DNA of 64,000 bases, taken from contig CM030333.1 in the NCBI GenBank assembly GCA_017654855.1, positions 992,001-1,056,000 on the forward strand, read 5' to 3'. Numbering within the stretch: the stretch's first letter is position 1; every line of letters begins with the position of its first letter. A program made the position numbers and the translations under genes. The stretch is from Podospora anserina (lineage: Eukaryota). Shown piece after piece: positions 1-12,613 of the stretch. The notes under the pieces are model-generated. The model worked only from the letters and a program-made list of their open reading frames with translations. It did not search any database and was not told the DNA's origin.

Positions 1-2
1 CA

Positions 3-1016
3 GGCTGGCCGACCCCGAAACCGGAACCAGCTCGACCTCGTGAACAGGAGCCGCCTGTACCGCAACAATCAGCGTTGAGAGAGCTGCAGGGAGCGTCTCC
101 CATGGACAGGTCACAAGGTCCGCAACGAGCACCGCCGATGGAAGCACCAAGAGAGCTTCAAAGGGCACCCACGATGGAAGCGTCAAAGGAGACCCAGAGG
201 CCACCCGTGGAGCCTTTTCGACCTCAGCTCCAAAGAGCACCAACAATGGAGGTCCCGAGACAACTCCAGAGAGCCGCCACGATGGACGAGCCAAGGGACA
301 TGCAAAGACAAGATCCCAGCAGAACTCCGCAACGACCTCGAGACCCCCGTGACGAGCTTCGCGACGGCAGACCTCTCCACGAACGATCCCGCTCGCAACC
401 TCGCAACTTGCCTCCTCCCTCGGCCCAGCCTTCCCGCGGCGACTGCAAGGCATGCGGGCTGCCAATCAAGGGGAAATCGATTTCCAGCGCCGACGGCCGT
501 CTCACCGGGCGCTATCACAAGCCGTGCTTCGTCTGCTCGACCTGCCAGGAACCATTCACGTCAGCGACGTTTTACGTCTTGAACGACAGACCCTACTGCG
601 AGCAACACTACCACAAGCTCAACGGCAGCTTGTGCGGGAGTTGCGGCCGAGGCATCGAGGGGGAGTATCTCGAGGATGAGACTTCTCGCAAACACCACGT
701 CGGATGCTTCAAGTGCGGCGACTGCGGCATGGCGCTTCGTGATGGGTACTTTGAGGTCAACGGCAGGGCGTTTTGCGAAAAGGACGCCTGGAGGCGGGTG
801 CAGCAGCCTCCTCCTCCGCCTATGATGATGGGCGGCGGCAGGGGAATGGGTGGTCCTCCCGGACGAGGAAGAGGGGGCATGAGGCCGCCGGGACCGATGG
901 GGCTGCCGGGGGCGAATCCGAGGTTTGGGCCGAACGGTCCGTATGGGAATAGTCGACTTGGACCGGGACCGAGACCGAAGATGGAGAAGAGGATGACGAG
1001 GTTGGGGATGCTGTAG
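3..1016 (+). CDS. LIM-domain (paxillin-like) protein, 3' portion; gene starts upstream of window
   Basis: Frame is open from base 3 to TAG 1014-1016. Two tandem LIM zinc-binding motifs (CKAC...HKPCFVCSTC...CEQH; CGSC...HVGCFKCGDC...CEKD) followed by a Gly/Pro/Arg-rich tail. Confidence 0.9.
   Translation, partial: GWPTPKPEPARPREQEPPVPQQSALRELQGASPMDRSQGPQRAPPMEAPRELQRAPTMEASKETQRPPVEPFRPQLQRAPTMEVPRQLQRAATMDEPRDMQRQDPSRTPQRPRDPRDELRDGRPLHERSRSQPRNLPPPSAQPSRGDCKACGLPIKGKSISSADGRLTGRYHKPCFVCSTCQEPFTSATFYVLNDRPYCEQHYHKLNGSLCGSCGRGIEGEYLEDETSRKHHVGCFKCGDCGMALRDGYFEVNGRAFCEKDAWRRVQQPPPPPMMMGGGRGMGGPPGRGRGGMRPPGPMGLPGANPRFGPNGPYGNSRLGPGPRPKMEKRMTRLGML
75..310 (+). repeat. Degenerate coding repeat, about 11 aa unit (R/P-E/Q-LQRAPTME-x-P)
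   Basis: RELQGASPMD, GPQRAPPMEAP, RELQRAPTMEAS, PQLQRAPTMEVP, RQLQRAATMDEP visible in translation. Confidence 0.8.
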
Positions 1017-2458
1017 GGGTTACAGTTGAACGGTTATCTATCTGATCACGCCGAACCGAACCTCCCTTCCCCGGTTAATATTAATTCGACATTTTCGACA
1101 ATTCTTGACGCTGAGCTAATAACATGAGATAACGGCTTGACGTCTGACACTTTTTTTTTCTTTGTTTACGGAAACTCATAGACTGAGGAACTTTTTTTTC
1201 TTGTTGGATTCGGCTTTTTATACCCCCCCCCTTATTGTGGATTTGGCTTCGTATATATATATATATATACCCACCGGGATATTCTGGACAGGTTGTTGTT
1301 GTCCTTTTTTATCCTTTTTTTATTTTTTATGATACGATAATTTCAGGCTGGCCAACAGCATATTTGGATGGAATATTTTTGGACTGGTGGATGGATGGAT
1401 GGGTGGATTAGGGTCTGGGATAGGGAGGGGAGGGAACAGAGGGGGAGTTGTGGAAAATGCATTTGGTGGTGGAAGGATGGGATTTCTGGGGATGGGGAGG
1501 GGACATGATTGTGTTGCACGGGTTGGGGGGTTCCTGATGTAAGGGCCCGGTGATTGCTTGAATTTGACGTGGTGATACGCGACGGGTGTGATGGATGGAT
1601 GGACGGGCGGTTACATGAGATATTGAAGGGGGTTTGATGTTGGGATATGCTGTGCGTCGTCATGTCATGGTGATGTGTACAGGCAGGCAGGCAGGCGGGG
1701 AGATAGCTGAGATTTTGGAAAAGAGACAATTTTTAGTTGCTAATATATGGAAGACATATTGACCGTTCCTGTTCGCTTTTTGGGGTGATATCGAGGAGGT
1801 TTGATGACGGCATGGGGGTGTGAAAAGGTCTGTCTATCTATGCAAAACTCATCTGGCATGTTGCGTATCAGATTCCCGTGGACGGGTAGATGGACTTTCA
1901 GACAGATGCACTCCGATTGGGGTTATGATGTGGTGGTCGGTACCTACCCGGCAAAGATGGCCGATGAGAAATGATACAACGATACTGTGGGTGTGTTTTC
2001 CATTCCAGATAGTTTGCTTGTTTCAAGTTGGGTCATGGTGTTCCACTGTCTCGGGATAATACCGAGAGCTTGTACTCCGGACTTTGATGGCGAATATGGC
2101 CACGACTGTCTGGAGCCCGGGAGGACGTTTGAGCAATGATGGAAGTACCGAACGTTTTGCTGGCTTTTTTGGGGGGGGGAGGAATTGCTCCTGTTGTTTT
2201 GCGGGATATATATGGGATTAGAGAAGGAAGTTGGTGTAATGTAGCTCTGCAAGAGATCACTCGTCCTTCAGGTGCCTTGGGGATGGTTCAAGTGCTAGAA
2301 ATGCGGTTGGATAGGTATTCGCTAGTTACAAAAGGTTGTGGTGTTTATGGGTAAGTTCACGTAGGTAGCCGGTGTCCCATCTTCTAGATCTATGGTTTCT
2401 GAAGGAGAATCCCCAGGTTAGTAAGTAGGGTAGGTGGGTACTCGGTCATCCTTTCATT

Positions 2459-2751
2459 TTCGAGGCTTGCCGACTGGGACTTTTGCCTAGAGTTCAAAGA
2501 AGATTGTCCGAAAAGGAACGCCAACAGATTCGATCCGGGTCGGTTTATGTCTGGGATGAGAGGGAAGCTGGCATGCGGAGGTGGACTGATGGAAAGTCAT
2601 GGAGCGCCAGCCGTGTGTCTGGGAGTTTTTTAACATACCGCGAGATGGAAGGCAAGCGACGGAATGGTTTTGGGAACTCGAGGAGGGGGCTGGGAGAACT
2701 CCGGATTCTTGTCGTGGCAGTGATGAGGATCAGGATGATGGGGAGCCAGAC
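2459..2751 (+). pseudogene. pac2: Gti1/Pac2 (WOPR) family transcription regulator fragment, Pac2-type, truncated and frameshifted
   Basis: FEACRLGLLPRVQRRLSEKERQQIRSGSVYVWDEREAGMRRWTDGKSWSASRVSGSFLTYREMEGKR is the WOPR-a core; the linker GAGRTPDSCRGSDEDQDDGEPD continues in another frame after a G run at 2685-2689. No N-terminal start segment and no WOPR-b (GLxKQSFS) segment seen. Confidence 0.8.
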
Positions 2752-5270
2752 AGTTTGGCGGCTGGTATAGATCATACCATCAGTGCTGCTAAGGAATCGA
2801 GGCTCTCTCCAACTTCCGCGAGGCCAGCCCGCTCAATGTGTACCCAATCTCCACCGCCCATCCCACAACACCGTCGATACAACAGCTCGCAGAACCTCCG
2901 AATAGAGTTTAATCACCCCCTTCTTGAAACTGACGATAGCCGATCTCCGATTTGTTTTGACAAGCATTATTTCACTCAATCACCTCCGGGGAAACCACAA
3001 CCGAAATTATCATCCTCTACACCGTCTCCTCCTCCACAAAAATCCGTTGTTCCCTTAATGCGCGCTAGAAACTCGCTTCGAAACGTTTACGCCAGGGGGG
3101 GCGAACGGACGCCCGTTGCCAAGTTTCGCTGGGCTTTTTCTTTTTTTTCTTTTTTCTTACTGGTTTTCCGCCACAGAGATCTTGTGGACGATGAAAAATC
3201 GTCCCCTATTGATAATGATTGGTGTTGGGGGGAAAATGATGTGCACAATCTCAGGTGACACTGCGTCGTCGATTCCCTGTGGCTTGCCGGCTGGGTAAAA
3301 TAGGAGAGAGTCCTTTACGATCGACAGAAACTCGAGGGATCATTATATGATTTGGCCTAGAAAAGATAAAGAATCAACTTAACCAAACCTGTGTCCCTGA
3401 CGATCATTGCTTGTTTGGCAGGTTATTGTATTTACGGGTTGTATGCAAGATAAGATTTCTAATCAGCCGGCAGAGAGGACAAAAAAAGGCTTGTTTGGAT
3501 TTGGCATTGGAGTTGGAGTGGGAGTTTGGGACTTTGGTTAGGTGGGTTGCAATAGACTAAACCAAAGCGCCAGAAACAAAAGTTTCATTTCCCTCGGCGG
3601 TACTCGTTGAATTATTGACACCAAAAGAACGGTTCTTCTGCAAAGGACGACAGCTGAGCCGGTGCGGTCTCCGGTGTGATGTTACCATGCTAGATTAGGT
3701 GTAGATATTGTGCCGTAGAGCACGACGCTGCGGCGTGGGAGGTGATTGGTTGGGTCAGGACACAGGTCTGCGTAACCTCAGTTGGTGATGGGAATCGTGG
3801 GGATAGATTTGAAGGATCAATAGGCAGGCAAGGCTCACTGGAGCAAAGGGTCTTCGTCGTCGTCGTCAAAGTGAAGCCATCGTGGGCTTGAATGGTGAAA
3901 TGGCAAGCCCATGCGAGGAGGGCCGGGATGCAGGTGGCTTGTGGGACGAACTGGTGGCTTGGTGGCTTCGATTCGAGGTGCATCACACACAATTGTGACT
4001 GTCTCTCGTGTCCGCCGAGTCTCACACTTACTTCGTGTTCCCCGTCATGATGTGGTATTTTGTGCCTGGAGGTGCAGAGACGGATTACTGGACTTGGATA
4101 TATCATGAGGGCGTCTGACGTTCTGTGTGAACATGGTATAATGAGGATTCAAATCTTACGTACTTGAGCTCTCGATGTTGCGGTTGGTTCTCTGTGACAG
4201 GTCTAGACTCTGGGCTAGCAAATCCCCTGCTCGGGGTAGCGCTGCTCGGTTGGGTGGCCGTTGGCGTCATTTCCGCACCCCTGTCTCATCTTATCAGTGC
4301 ATGCAGCGGCCACAAGTCGTTACCTACACGTGCTACCTCTTGAAAAGAAGAGAACTTGAAGTGTTACGTGTCCGAGGCGGTGGGATCAGGTTTGTCTCCC
4401 TCGTGAGAGGGCGATCGTTATCCATCGTGCGACAGCCACGAAGAAAAGAGCGGGTATCTCTGCTGCGATAACCCAGGAAAAGGCGGTCGATCTGTCAAAC
4501 GATTCCATGTTGAACCAGAAACAGAAACAGTCCCCTAATTCGGAAGTGGGCCTGGGCTGCATTGGCCCTGTCGTGCGCTAAGCTTTCTCCACTCCCTGCA
4601 GAAATCTTCAGGGGCTTTCCCTTGTTTATCGAAAGTCGAGAAGGGGGCAAACGACAGGTCGGACCGCGCTGCCCCCACGGACCAGACCGGCCGAAAGATA
4701 CAAGCTCTTGTCATGCCTCGTTCTGTGTGACCTGTGAATGTCTCGTCTTTTTTGCTCTACCTTGATTGAAGTACTTCTGTTCTACACAGAACGTTGTCGA
4801 AACGTTTCCCGTTATCGCACCAGAAAAAGCGTTGGCTTCTTCGTGCTTGTGCACCGAAAACGCACGTAGGACTCTGGGCTTTTTTTTCTTCTGGCGCTGA
4901 GGCGTGCCGCTCTCAACTTAACCTCCGCTTCTCCCTTTTTATCGTCAATTTGCCTAATATCAGCTACGGTGTGGGTGGCCGCCAGTCTTTACTGCCTTCC
5001 TTTTTATCCCCCAATCGGCAATCGCGATCCAGTATCGTGATCTCAGCTGCACTCTCCTGGTTTCTGCGACCGACTGCCAACGGTAGTCCCCTCCAAGGTC
5101 GACCGACCGACTGAGTCGAACATCGCGACTTCGTTTTCCATTCTCTAGGCCGCAGACAGGACAGCATCGTACCGAAATGCCCGTATAGCGCCGATCGTTT
5201 TACACACCTACATTCGTTTCACGTTTCCCGACCACATCGCGGCGTTGACCACCACCATACCAAAATCGAA

Positions 5271-7536
5271 ATGTTGACAAAAACACACATTCGCCGAGTG
5301 CTTACTCGGCCAAAAACTTATATCCCGGCTCTTGCGGTGTTTGTTCTCTGCTGGATCCTGCTGGCGCACCACGGTGGCTATAGAGTGGTTCCTTTCTACG
5401 ACCGTCCAGTCAACACTGAGCGCGACCCAGGTACGGATTGAGTTCTCCGGACGGATACTGGCGTTTGCTGACCACAAAATAGATGAGCGCAAGGAGCTTG
5501 CGTTGCAAGCGCAAAGACAACTGTTCGAGAAAGACTGGCGCGATCTGGAAAAGTAAGTGACACCCTGGAAAGCCATTTCACCATCTGCTTGACGCTAACG
5601 TTCGTCTTCTAGGAAACCTGGACTAGGCGCCGTATATGGCAACACCTTGAACAGCCTTACCGACCGGGACACCAGAAAGCCATCGCACGAGGCCAAGCTG
5701 ACCCTGGGTGACAACTCCACCTCCTTCACCAAGGAACGTCCCGCTATCTACAACCCATATCCCAAGTACAACTCAAAGGAATGGTTGGCCACCCATGCCC
5801 TGTATGTGCCTTGCATTGGAGCCACGGGAGACGAAGTCGAGGATATCAAAGTCTTCAGGGGCCGCCCGCGCAACTTCCCCGACCCCGGCTTTGGAAGCTA
5901 CAGCACGCTTGGACTTGACCGCAACCTTTGCTTCGAAAGAGAGACTCGGATGGGCCAGTACGGAGTAAACCCGGTGATGGATAAGGACGGCCAGCCGGTC
6001 AACTGGGACAAGGTCAACTGGGGCGAGTTGCAATCCAAATGTGTTGATCAGAATCAGGCACGTTTTGCCACGAGCGGTCCGCCGAACGCCTATGTCGACG
6101 AGGAGGAGGACAGCGAGCCTTCCCCCGACCTGAAAAAGTACGACGAGTCTGCCGAGAAGCAGACGCCCAAGGACCTGTTGGCTACATTCAGACGGTTCTG
6201 GCGTGGTCCGGATGCCCGCCCGCTTCGCTCAAGATCGATTAAGGGCGTCTTCGAGAACAAGCGCGCGTACAATTCGACCGTCAAGGCCAGAGAGGCCAGA
6301 ACCGCCATTCTGCTGCGATCCTACACCGGAAAGGAGTACAATGATAACGACAAACAAGCCATTCGGTCGCTCATTACAGAGCTCAGCCTGCGAACTGGTG
6401 GAGAGTATCAGGTTTTCTTGTTTGTGCATTACAGAGAAGACGAGTTCGATATCTGGGCTAGCGAGGACCTGTACCGTCAAGCGATTGAGAAGCACGTTCC
6501 CGAGGAGCTCCGCAGCATCACCATTCTTTGGACCGAGGGAGCCGTTGACAAGATGTACCCCAAGCTCACTGTCAAGGCGAGGAAGGTGCACAACGGCCAG
6601 TTCCTGCCTGTCCAGATGTTTATGCAGGAGTTCCGGGAATTCGACTATGTTTGGAACTGGGAGATGGACTCACGGGTGGTTGGCCATCACTACAATGTGC
6701 TCAACAAGTTGGCTGAGTTTGGCCGCAAGCAGCCTCGACGGGGACTCTGGGAGCGCAACGAGCGCTTCTACATCCCTTCTTACTATGGAGGGTTCGAGTC
6801 CAAGTTCCGCCAAACGGTGGAGAGACAAGTCGGGGATGAGACGATTTGGGGCGCTCCCAAGCTTCCTGTTGTCAACCCTGTCGGTCCCAAGCCACCAGTC
6901 GAGAATCCCAAGGACGACAATTACAAATGGGGTGTTGGTGAGGAGGCCGATCTGATCACCCTGGCGCCCATATTCAATCCAGTCAACAGCGGCTGGATTA
7001 TGCGCAACCAGGTGTGGGGATACCGAAACCTGAACTTCCCATGGGGCAAGCTACCTCGCCGGGCTACGATCATTACTCAAGTCAGAGCGTCAAGGAGGTT
7101 GATTGACGTGATGCATGCTGAGGATCTCAGAGGCAACCACGTCGCCTCCGAAATGGTTTCTCAGACCACCGCTCTCCTCCACGGACTGAAGGCTGTGTAT
7201 GCGCCCATGCCAGTCTACTTTGACCGGGCGTGGAGCGGCAGCCAGCTGGCCAAGTGGTTCAACGGAGGCCCCAAGGGGCAAAGTGGCAGCTTCGGCAGCG
7301 CCATGGGATGGGGACAAGAGGGGAGATACCTGGGCAGCACATGGTACTACCGTGCCATTCCACCTCAGCGATTGTACAACAACTGGATGGGGTACGAGGA
7401 CACTGGCATCGGCGGCCCCGAGTGGGAGCAGAAGCACGGGAGGACATGTCTTCCTTCGATGATTCTGCACCCGATCAAGGAGGTGAAGCCAACGGAGAAG
7501 GGGTATTCGACTGATTCGAAGCTTCCTTATGATTGA
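5271..7536 (+). CDS. DUF3405 family protein, type II membrane anchored (3 exons)
   Basis: ATG 5271; N-terminal hydrophobic anchor IPALAVFVLCWILLA; introns 5431-5482 (GTACGG..GCTGAC..TAG) and 5553-5612 (GTAAGT..GCTAAC..TAG) join in frame to the 629-aa ORF; motifs RTAILLR, RSLITELSL.GGEYQVFL, FDYVWNWEMDSR, WGVGEEADLITL.PIF, HPIK recalled as typical of DUF3405. Confidence 0.85.
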
Positions 7537-9537
7537 GAGGGGCTACAAGACAACACCAGCCGGTCTGATGGAAAACAAACAACAAAAAAAAGTATCCCGC
7601 CGAGTTGCTTGGTTTGAGAAAGAGGCTGCAAGGGTTGAAGGGCAGGACGATTTACTTTTTTTTTTTCTGCGGCGGAAATTTTGGGGGGAGGGACGAGGTT
7701 ATGAAGCCACCACATGCTTTTCTTTGGGAAAGGGCAGATGTACCGCTTACCTACCAAGCAACTCGTTTATTCATGAGGAGGTTACCCCAGGTTATTGTAA
7801 CCAGATCATTGGATCTGGGGGTCGCGACCTCTGGTGGAGCATCATCGTCATTTTATCATGGGATGCATCACATTTTTATATACCCCGGATCATCATCATG
7901 AATATGGCCTCCCCCTGCCCCTGCCTGGGGGAGGGGGGGGGGGGGTTGTGGGATGACATGTAACACACACACACATTGCTGCTTGTATGATAAAAAGCCA
8001 CGATTTGTTTTGGGAGTTTTTGGAGTTGGTAGAATGGATGGATGGGAAAGGGGGGTAGGGGGATAGCATGGCATGTTTTTGGGAGCGTGATTCAAAAAAA
8101 GTACTGTATAGATAATTCTTAATGAACGGAATGGCATTTTTCATGAATATTTTGTTTCTTTATGTTGAGTATTGATGGGAAAGGGGCGTGTCAAAGTGAT
8201 TCCTCTGGCGGGTTGGTGGTTTGGGTAAAATCAGGGGTCCACCCTTGTTCAAAAATAGCACCGCGTGACAGGCTGGCTAGTGGTGGAAGAGAAAGGATGA
8301 TCCGATGGGGATTGGATTTGCCGGGTTTGTAGGTGATGGGATGGGATGGGCTTCTAGAACTTTTGGATTTGGAGGTGTAGGGGGGCAAAGGAGGGAGAAA
8401 TGTGAACCCGAGTTTGTTGACAGTTTTTCGGGGGTTGATGATGATATCTACGATATGAAAAGTGGTGAATGATAGGGAAGGTGGGTCGGATATTAATCTT
8501 TTGGATCACCTAGCAATACCACATGCCATTTCCATCTTAGATGGGTAGGTGTAAAGCTTATCATTATGTTCCATGTCCGGCAGGCGCGGAAGGATCCTAG
8601 TAGGTATCACGGTAGTTTTTTTTTGTTGTTGGACTTCTGGAAGGTGCGGTGTGTAATTCTCGAATGATGCACGGGAACGGAGACGGAGAGACAGTGTGCT
8701 GGAGTGGTGTAAGTGAAGCCGGGAGAACCGATGGTGTAAGACATCTCAACTCACTTCCTCCATAACCAGGTTTGGGGGGAGTCATGGCCAGCAGCCCAGA
8801 GCGGGACCGAACAGGAAAAGAGTTCGGTGTTAAGACCCGGAAGTTAGAACTGGCCTGGGGGAAAGAAACTCCAGCCCAAGATGGGGAAAATCCAACAATG
8901 AGAAAATGGATAGCCTCAAGCACGACAACCTGGGATTGACAGGGCTGCCGTTGAAAATCGATCTCGTGGCGCCTGTAAGCCCCAAAGTTGTGGAGCGACA
9001 TGGTCAGACTTTCAGCGCTTGAACAACGCCAAATCAGCCCAGAACGACAAGCCACTGTTCATGCTGAGCCACAAACGCCTTGGGAATCTTTGTAATACCT
9101 GCGTTTTGATTGGACAGAGATCCAAAATGGGGTACGGGTTGTGGGGATGTGGTCTGGGTGAGTCGATTGATGGACGACCCATTGTTCGTGTTTGCCGGGT
9201 GGTCCGTTGAACTTGGCAGTCACACGGTGTGCGGTGGTGGTGGTCAAAGGGCAGGGCTGCCAGGTGGGCTGGGCTCAGGCACCGGAGTTTGTGGCATGTT
9301 TGTTTTAAAAGGGATGAGGTTCCCGCCCAAAGTCTGAAGGCTTTTTGGTCTTTTTGTTCTTATGATCAGTAAAGCATTTATTACCTACACAGACGATTTT
9401 TGATCTGGGGATCTGGAAGTACCGGACAAACGTTCAACAAAACGAGTTTCATCAACCCAGCCAACCACAAGCTCTCCACTTGTTCACTTACACGCGGTCT
9501 TCAACAACAACCACAACCTTTTATACACCACCGCTCT

Positions 9538-9598
9538 CACCACCACCACCACCACCACCACAACAACAACAACAACAACAACAAACAACAACAACAAC
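9538..9598 (+). repeat. (CAC)n(CAA)n microsatellite in probable 5' UTR
   Basis: Direct run of CAC then CAA/AAC triplets about 50-100 bp upstream of ATG 9644. Confidence 0.9.
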
Positions 9599-9643
9599 TT
9601 TCTTCTCTCTTAAAGTTCAACTCACAAAAACAAAGCCGTCAAA

Positions 9644-9916
9644 ATGTCCCCGACACACACCATGTCCGCCCACCTCTGCAAACAAATCGTCTCCTCCTGG
9701 CGCGAGAGCAGACAGTCCAACACCACCACCAGCAGCCCCCTCCCTTCCCCCCCAAACAACATGGGCTCCTACTTCCCTCGCTCTCTCTCTTCCTCATCAT
9801 CACCAAAGACCTCGCTAGACAACGGCGACCGTCACGACACCTCTGTCCCTCTGTCAAGACAAACGTTCAACAACAACAACAACAACAACAGCAACTGGAG
9901 ATGGGGGTCCCGTTAA
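9644..9916 (+). CDS. Small (90 aa) Ser-rich hypothetical protein
   Basis: Strong fungal start context (GTCAAAATGT), CA-rich leader, purine/G-rich trailer typical of a 3' UTR; N-terminal MSAHLCKQIVSSWR segment looks like a short helix; no recognisable domain. Confidence 0.65.
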   Translation: MSPTHTMSAHLCKQIVSSWRESRQSNTTTSSPLPSPPNNMGSYFPRSLSSSSSPKTSLDNGDRHDTSVPLSRQTFNNNNNNNSNWRWGSR

Positions 9917-11229
9917 GCGGAAGGAACTGATTGGTCCAAAAAGGGAAGGAGGAAAGAAAGAAAGTGTTATCGTATGATTTGAGGGAGGATATCGCACCAC
10001 CCAACTACACCACACCACACCACACCATTTTTATTTAATACGACTACGAACCACCCACACCAGTTACTAGAGAGAGGGAGGGATGGATGCCTGGATGGGG
10101 TATGCCGAGTTATGCAGGCCCATCGTTGGTGGTACACACACCTTAGACTTGGGTTTGAAAGGAGGGAGGTTTAGTCGACATTACACAACATGAAATGGGC
10201 GGTGGAATACAAGGGATTTTTGGGCTGGACTACTGGACTGGACTGGAATTGGATGGCGACATTCTACAATGAAGAGAGAGGGAACATCATTCGCAGCCCG
10301 CACAGCCAGCTTGGCAGGGCGCTGGACAAACACAACGGAGTTAAACGGAGAGGGATTCATTGATTTTGCTTTGTTATCATCATCATTATACCAATTTACT
10401 ATTTTTTCACCATTTACTTGAACTATGTCGCAATATCCTGCTTATGTCACTGTGGGTGAGAGTGAAAGTTGGCATTTTGCCTTGTAAGGTGTGAATGAGA
10501 TGAGATGGCGCAATCGACACTAACAATTGACAGTTCCCTTGTGCTGGAAAAAGAAGATCATTTTGTTGGCCGCTTCGGTACCGAATATCTCTATAATGAA
10601 AATTTGGCTCGCCCAGTCATGAATCCATAACGGAAGGTTTCTTTGCGCGGTGTCTGTTACGCAAAATTCTTTCGAGAATCGTGCCATGCGAGAGGGAATG
10701 TCATGCCATTTTTATCTAAACCGGGCGTGCCGCAGGTCGCCGTTTGTTGCTGCTACCTTGACCGCTGTTACTGGTGTAAGTGTTTCTCGCACGGTGTGGG
10801 GAATGGATCGGACCCGGAGAGCGGTACAGGAAAGGGGAGAACCGGTGGGAATTGAGATCGGGGAAAGGTTTATAAGGTCCACATTTTCCCGTTGGGGGAG
10901 GGAGATCTAACGGGAATGCCGGTGACCGGGTTTGGCTGCCGGTTTTTGGTGGTGCGGAGGGAGGTGATGGATTGATACCATATCTTTCTACTTGCTCATT
11001 TGTGCCAATGCCCCAGCTCTGCATGTTGAGCGAAGGCTGTATTGGCTTGACACACCTGTTTGAGTTACCCGTTGGAGATTTGTCTCGAGGACACAGGTGT
11101 CTGTGTTATTCATGATCTTTCTGGCATCGTCTGTGGCGTGAGTCGGCGACAGCAAGCTTGGACGAGGTTGGATGATTCTGGGTTGGTCAGTGAACGTTTG
11201 TCCCCGGCTGAACTATTGTTGTCCTCTAT

Positions 11230-12408
11230 CTACTTGTACACATCCAGTTTCTCAAGATGTACCAACCCATTCGCAGGCTGTCAAATCCCGTCAGCTTTTC
11301 TTCATCCCCATTCAATCATAAAAGGAAGCTACTCACCGGGGCATACTGCCTCAACTTCACCCCCGCCTCCCTGAACACCGCCGCCGTATCCCCATCCATG
11401 CTATACCCGTGACTATACACCACCTCCCCGATCCCAACCTGAACAATCTTGATGCTGCACGTCAAGCACGGGTGCGTAGTGCAGTACAGCACCGCGCCCT
11501 CCCTCACCCTCTCCCTTCCCGCTTCAAGCAGGGCATTCTCCTCGGCATGGATACAAAGACAAGTCGTCAACCCGTGCCCTGACCCCTGACCGGCATTGCA
11601 CCTGTCACATCCCCCCTCCCCACAGTTGACCAAGCCCCTGGGTGTACCGTTGTAACCCGTGCTGATAACCCTCTTATCCCTCACAATAACGCACCCAACC
11701 CGCCGCTTCATGCAGTTTGCCCTCTGCGCCGCCAGCTCAGCCAACGCCATGAAGTAGGCGTCCCACGACGGGCGGAGCCGGTCTTGATTCAACAAATCCA
11801 GCTTCCCCAGCGTGGCGTACAAGTGGGCGAGAGAAGAAGAGGTGTTCAACAACCTCACTGTCGCTCTTGATATCATCGCCTGGGTGCCGTTTACTGGATC
11901 GTAGAGATGGGAGTCGTTTAGTGTGACGAACGACTCGAGATCAGTAACTTCATGATCGGGTTCCGACTCCTCGTTTGGTCCTTTCAAGAACCGGCCGTGG
12001 TTGGACTGGGACTGTCGAGCTAGGAAACGTTTCCAGCGGACGGTCAAGGGGGCGTCGACCGAGAGGAGGAGGAAGAAGGGGCGGCGGGTGTACATTTCGA
12101 GAATTTCTTCTGAGGGAATGTCGGTTGTTACGAAGCGGTCGCGCCATCGTTTGGTGACGAATTCGAGGAGTTCTTCGGGGGTGGAGAAGGTGGTTTGGGT
12201 GGTGGTGGAGGAGGAGATGGAGGATGGGGGGGTGGTTTGGGTTGTTTGTTTTGGGGAGAGGTAGAGGTGGGTGAAGCCGTGGTGGTCGGCGAGGTAGTTG
12301 GCGATGGTGCGCTTGCCGGCGCAGATGCCTATGATATGTGTAAGTAAGAGTGGATGGGTGAGAGGCCAAGGTGGTCATGTGTTTACTGCCGCAGATTCCA
12401 ATGAACAT
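11230..12408 (-). CDS. DCD1: dCMP deaminase (3 exons) with N-terminal P-loop-like domain
   Basis: MFIGICGS|ICAGKRTIANYL after removing first intron; RPSWDAYFMALAELAAQRANCMKRRVGC, GYNGTP, HAEENAL and PCLTC zinc motifs; last intron (GTGAGT..GCTGAC..CAG) yields PANGLVHLEKLDVYK-TAG at 11230. Confidence 0.95.
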
Positions 12409-12566
12409 TTTGACTGTTGAGTGGAGATTGAAGATTGGTGTTTTGATCAGATGGAGAAGTAGGGATCCGAAATGAGAACGTCTATTCTCTCAGTAAATAT
12501 CTACAACCATGAAACTCTCCGGCCAGCTAAGGTGTGTAATAAGTCCGTTTTGAAATGGCGGAGAAC

Positions 12567-12613
12567 GAAGACGCGCTTCCAGCTGCAAGTCATCAACGCG
12601 TGAGCGCGTCTTC
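12567..12613. promoter_or_regulatory. MCB-like (ACGCGT/CGCG) cluster in an 11-bp inverted repeat upstream of DCD1
   Basis: GAAGACGCGCT (12567-12577) and AGCGCGTCTTC (12603-12613) are exact reverse complements; ACGCGT at 12596-12601; about 160-205 bp upstream of DCD1 ATG. Confidence 0.6.

Noticed and set aside
11230-12408. Deaminase as the enzyme for the nearby editing site
   Set aside because: Motifs and N-terminal domain are those of ordinary dCMP deaminase; fungal mRNA A-to-I editing is attributed to the Tad2/Tad3 complex, not Dcd1.
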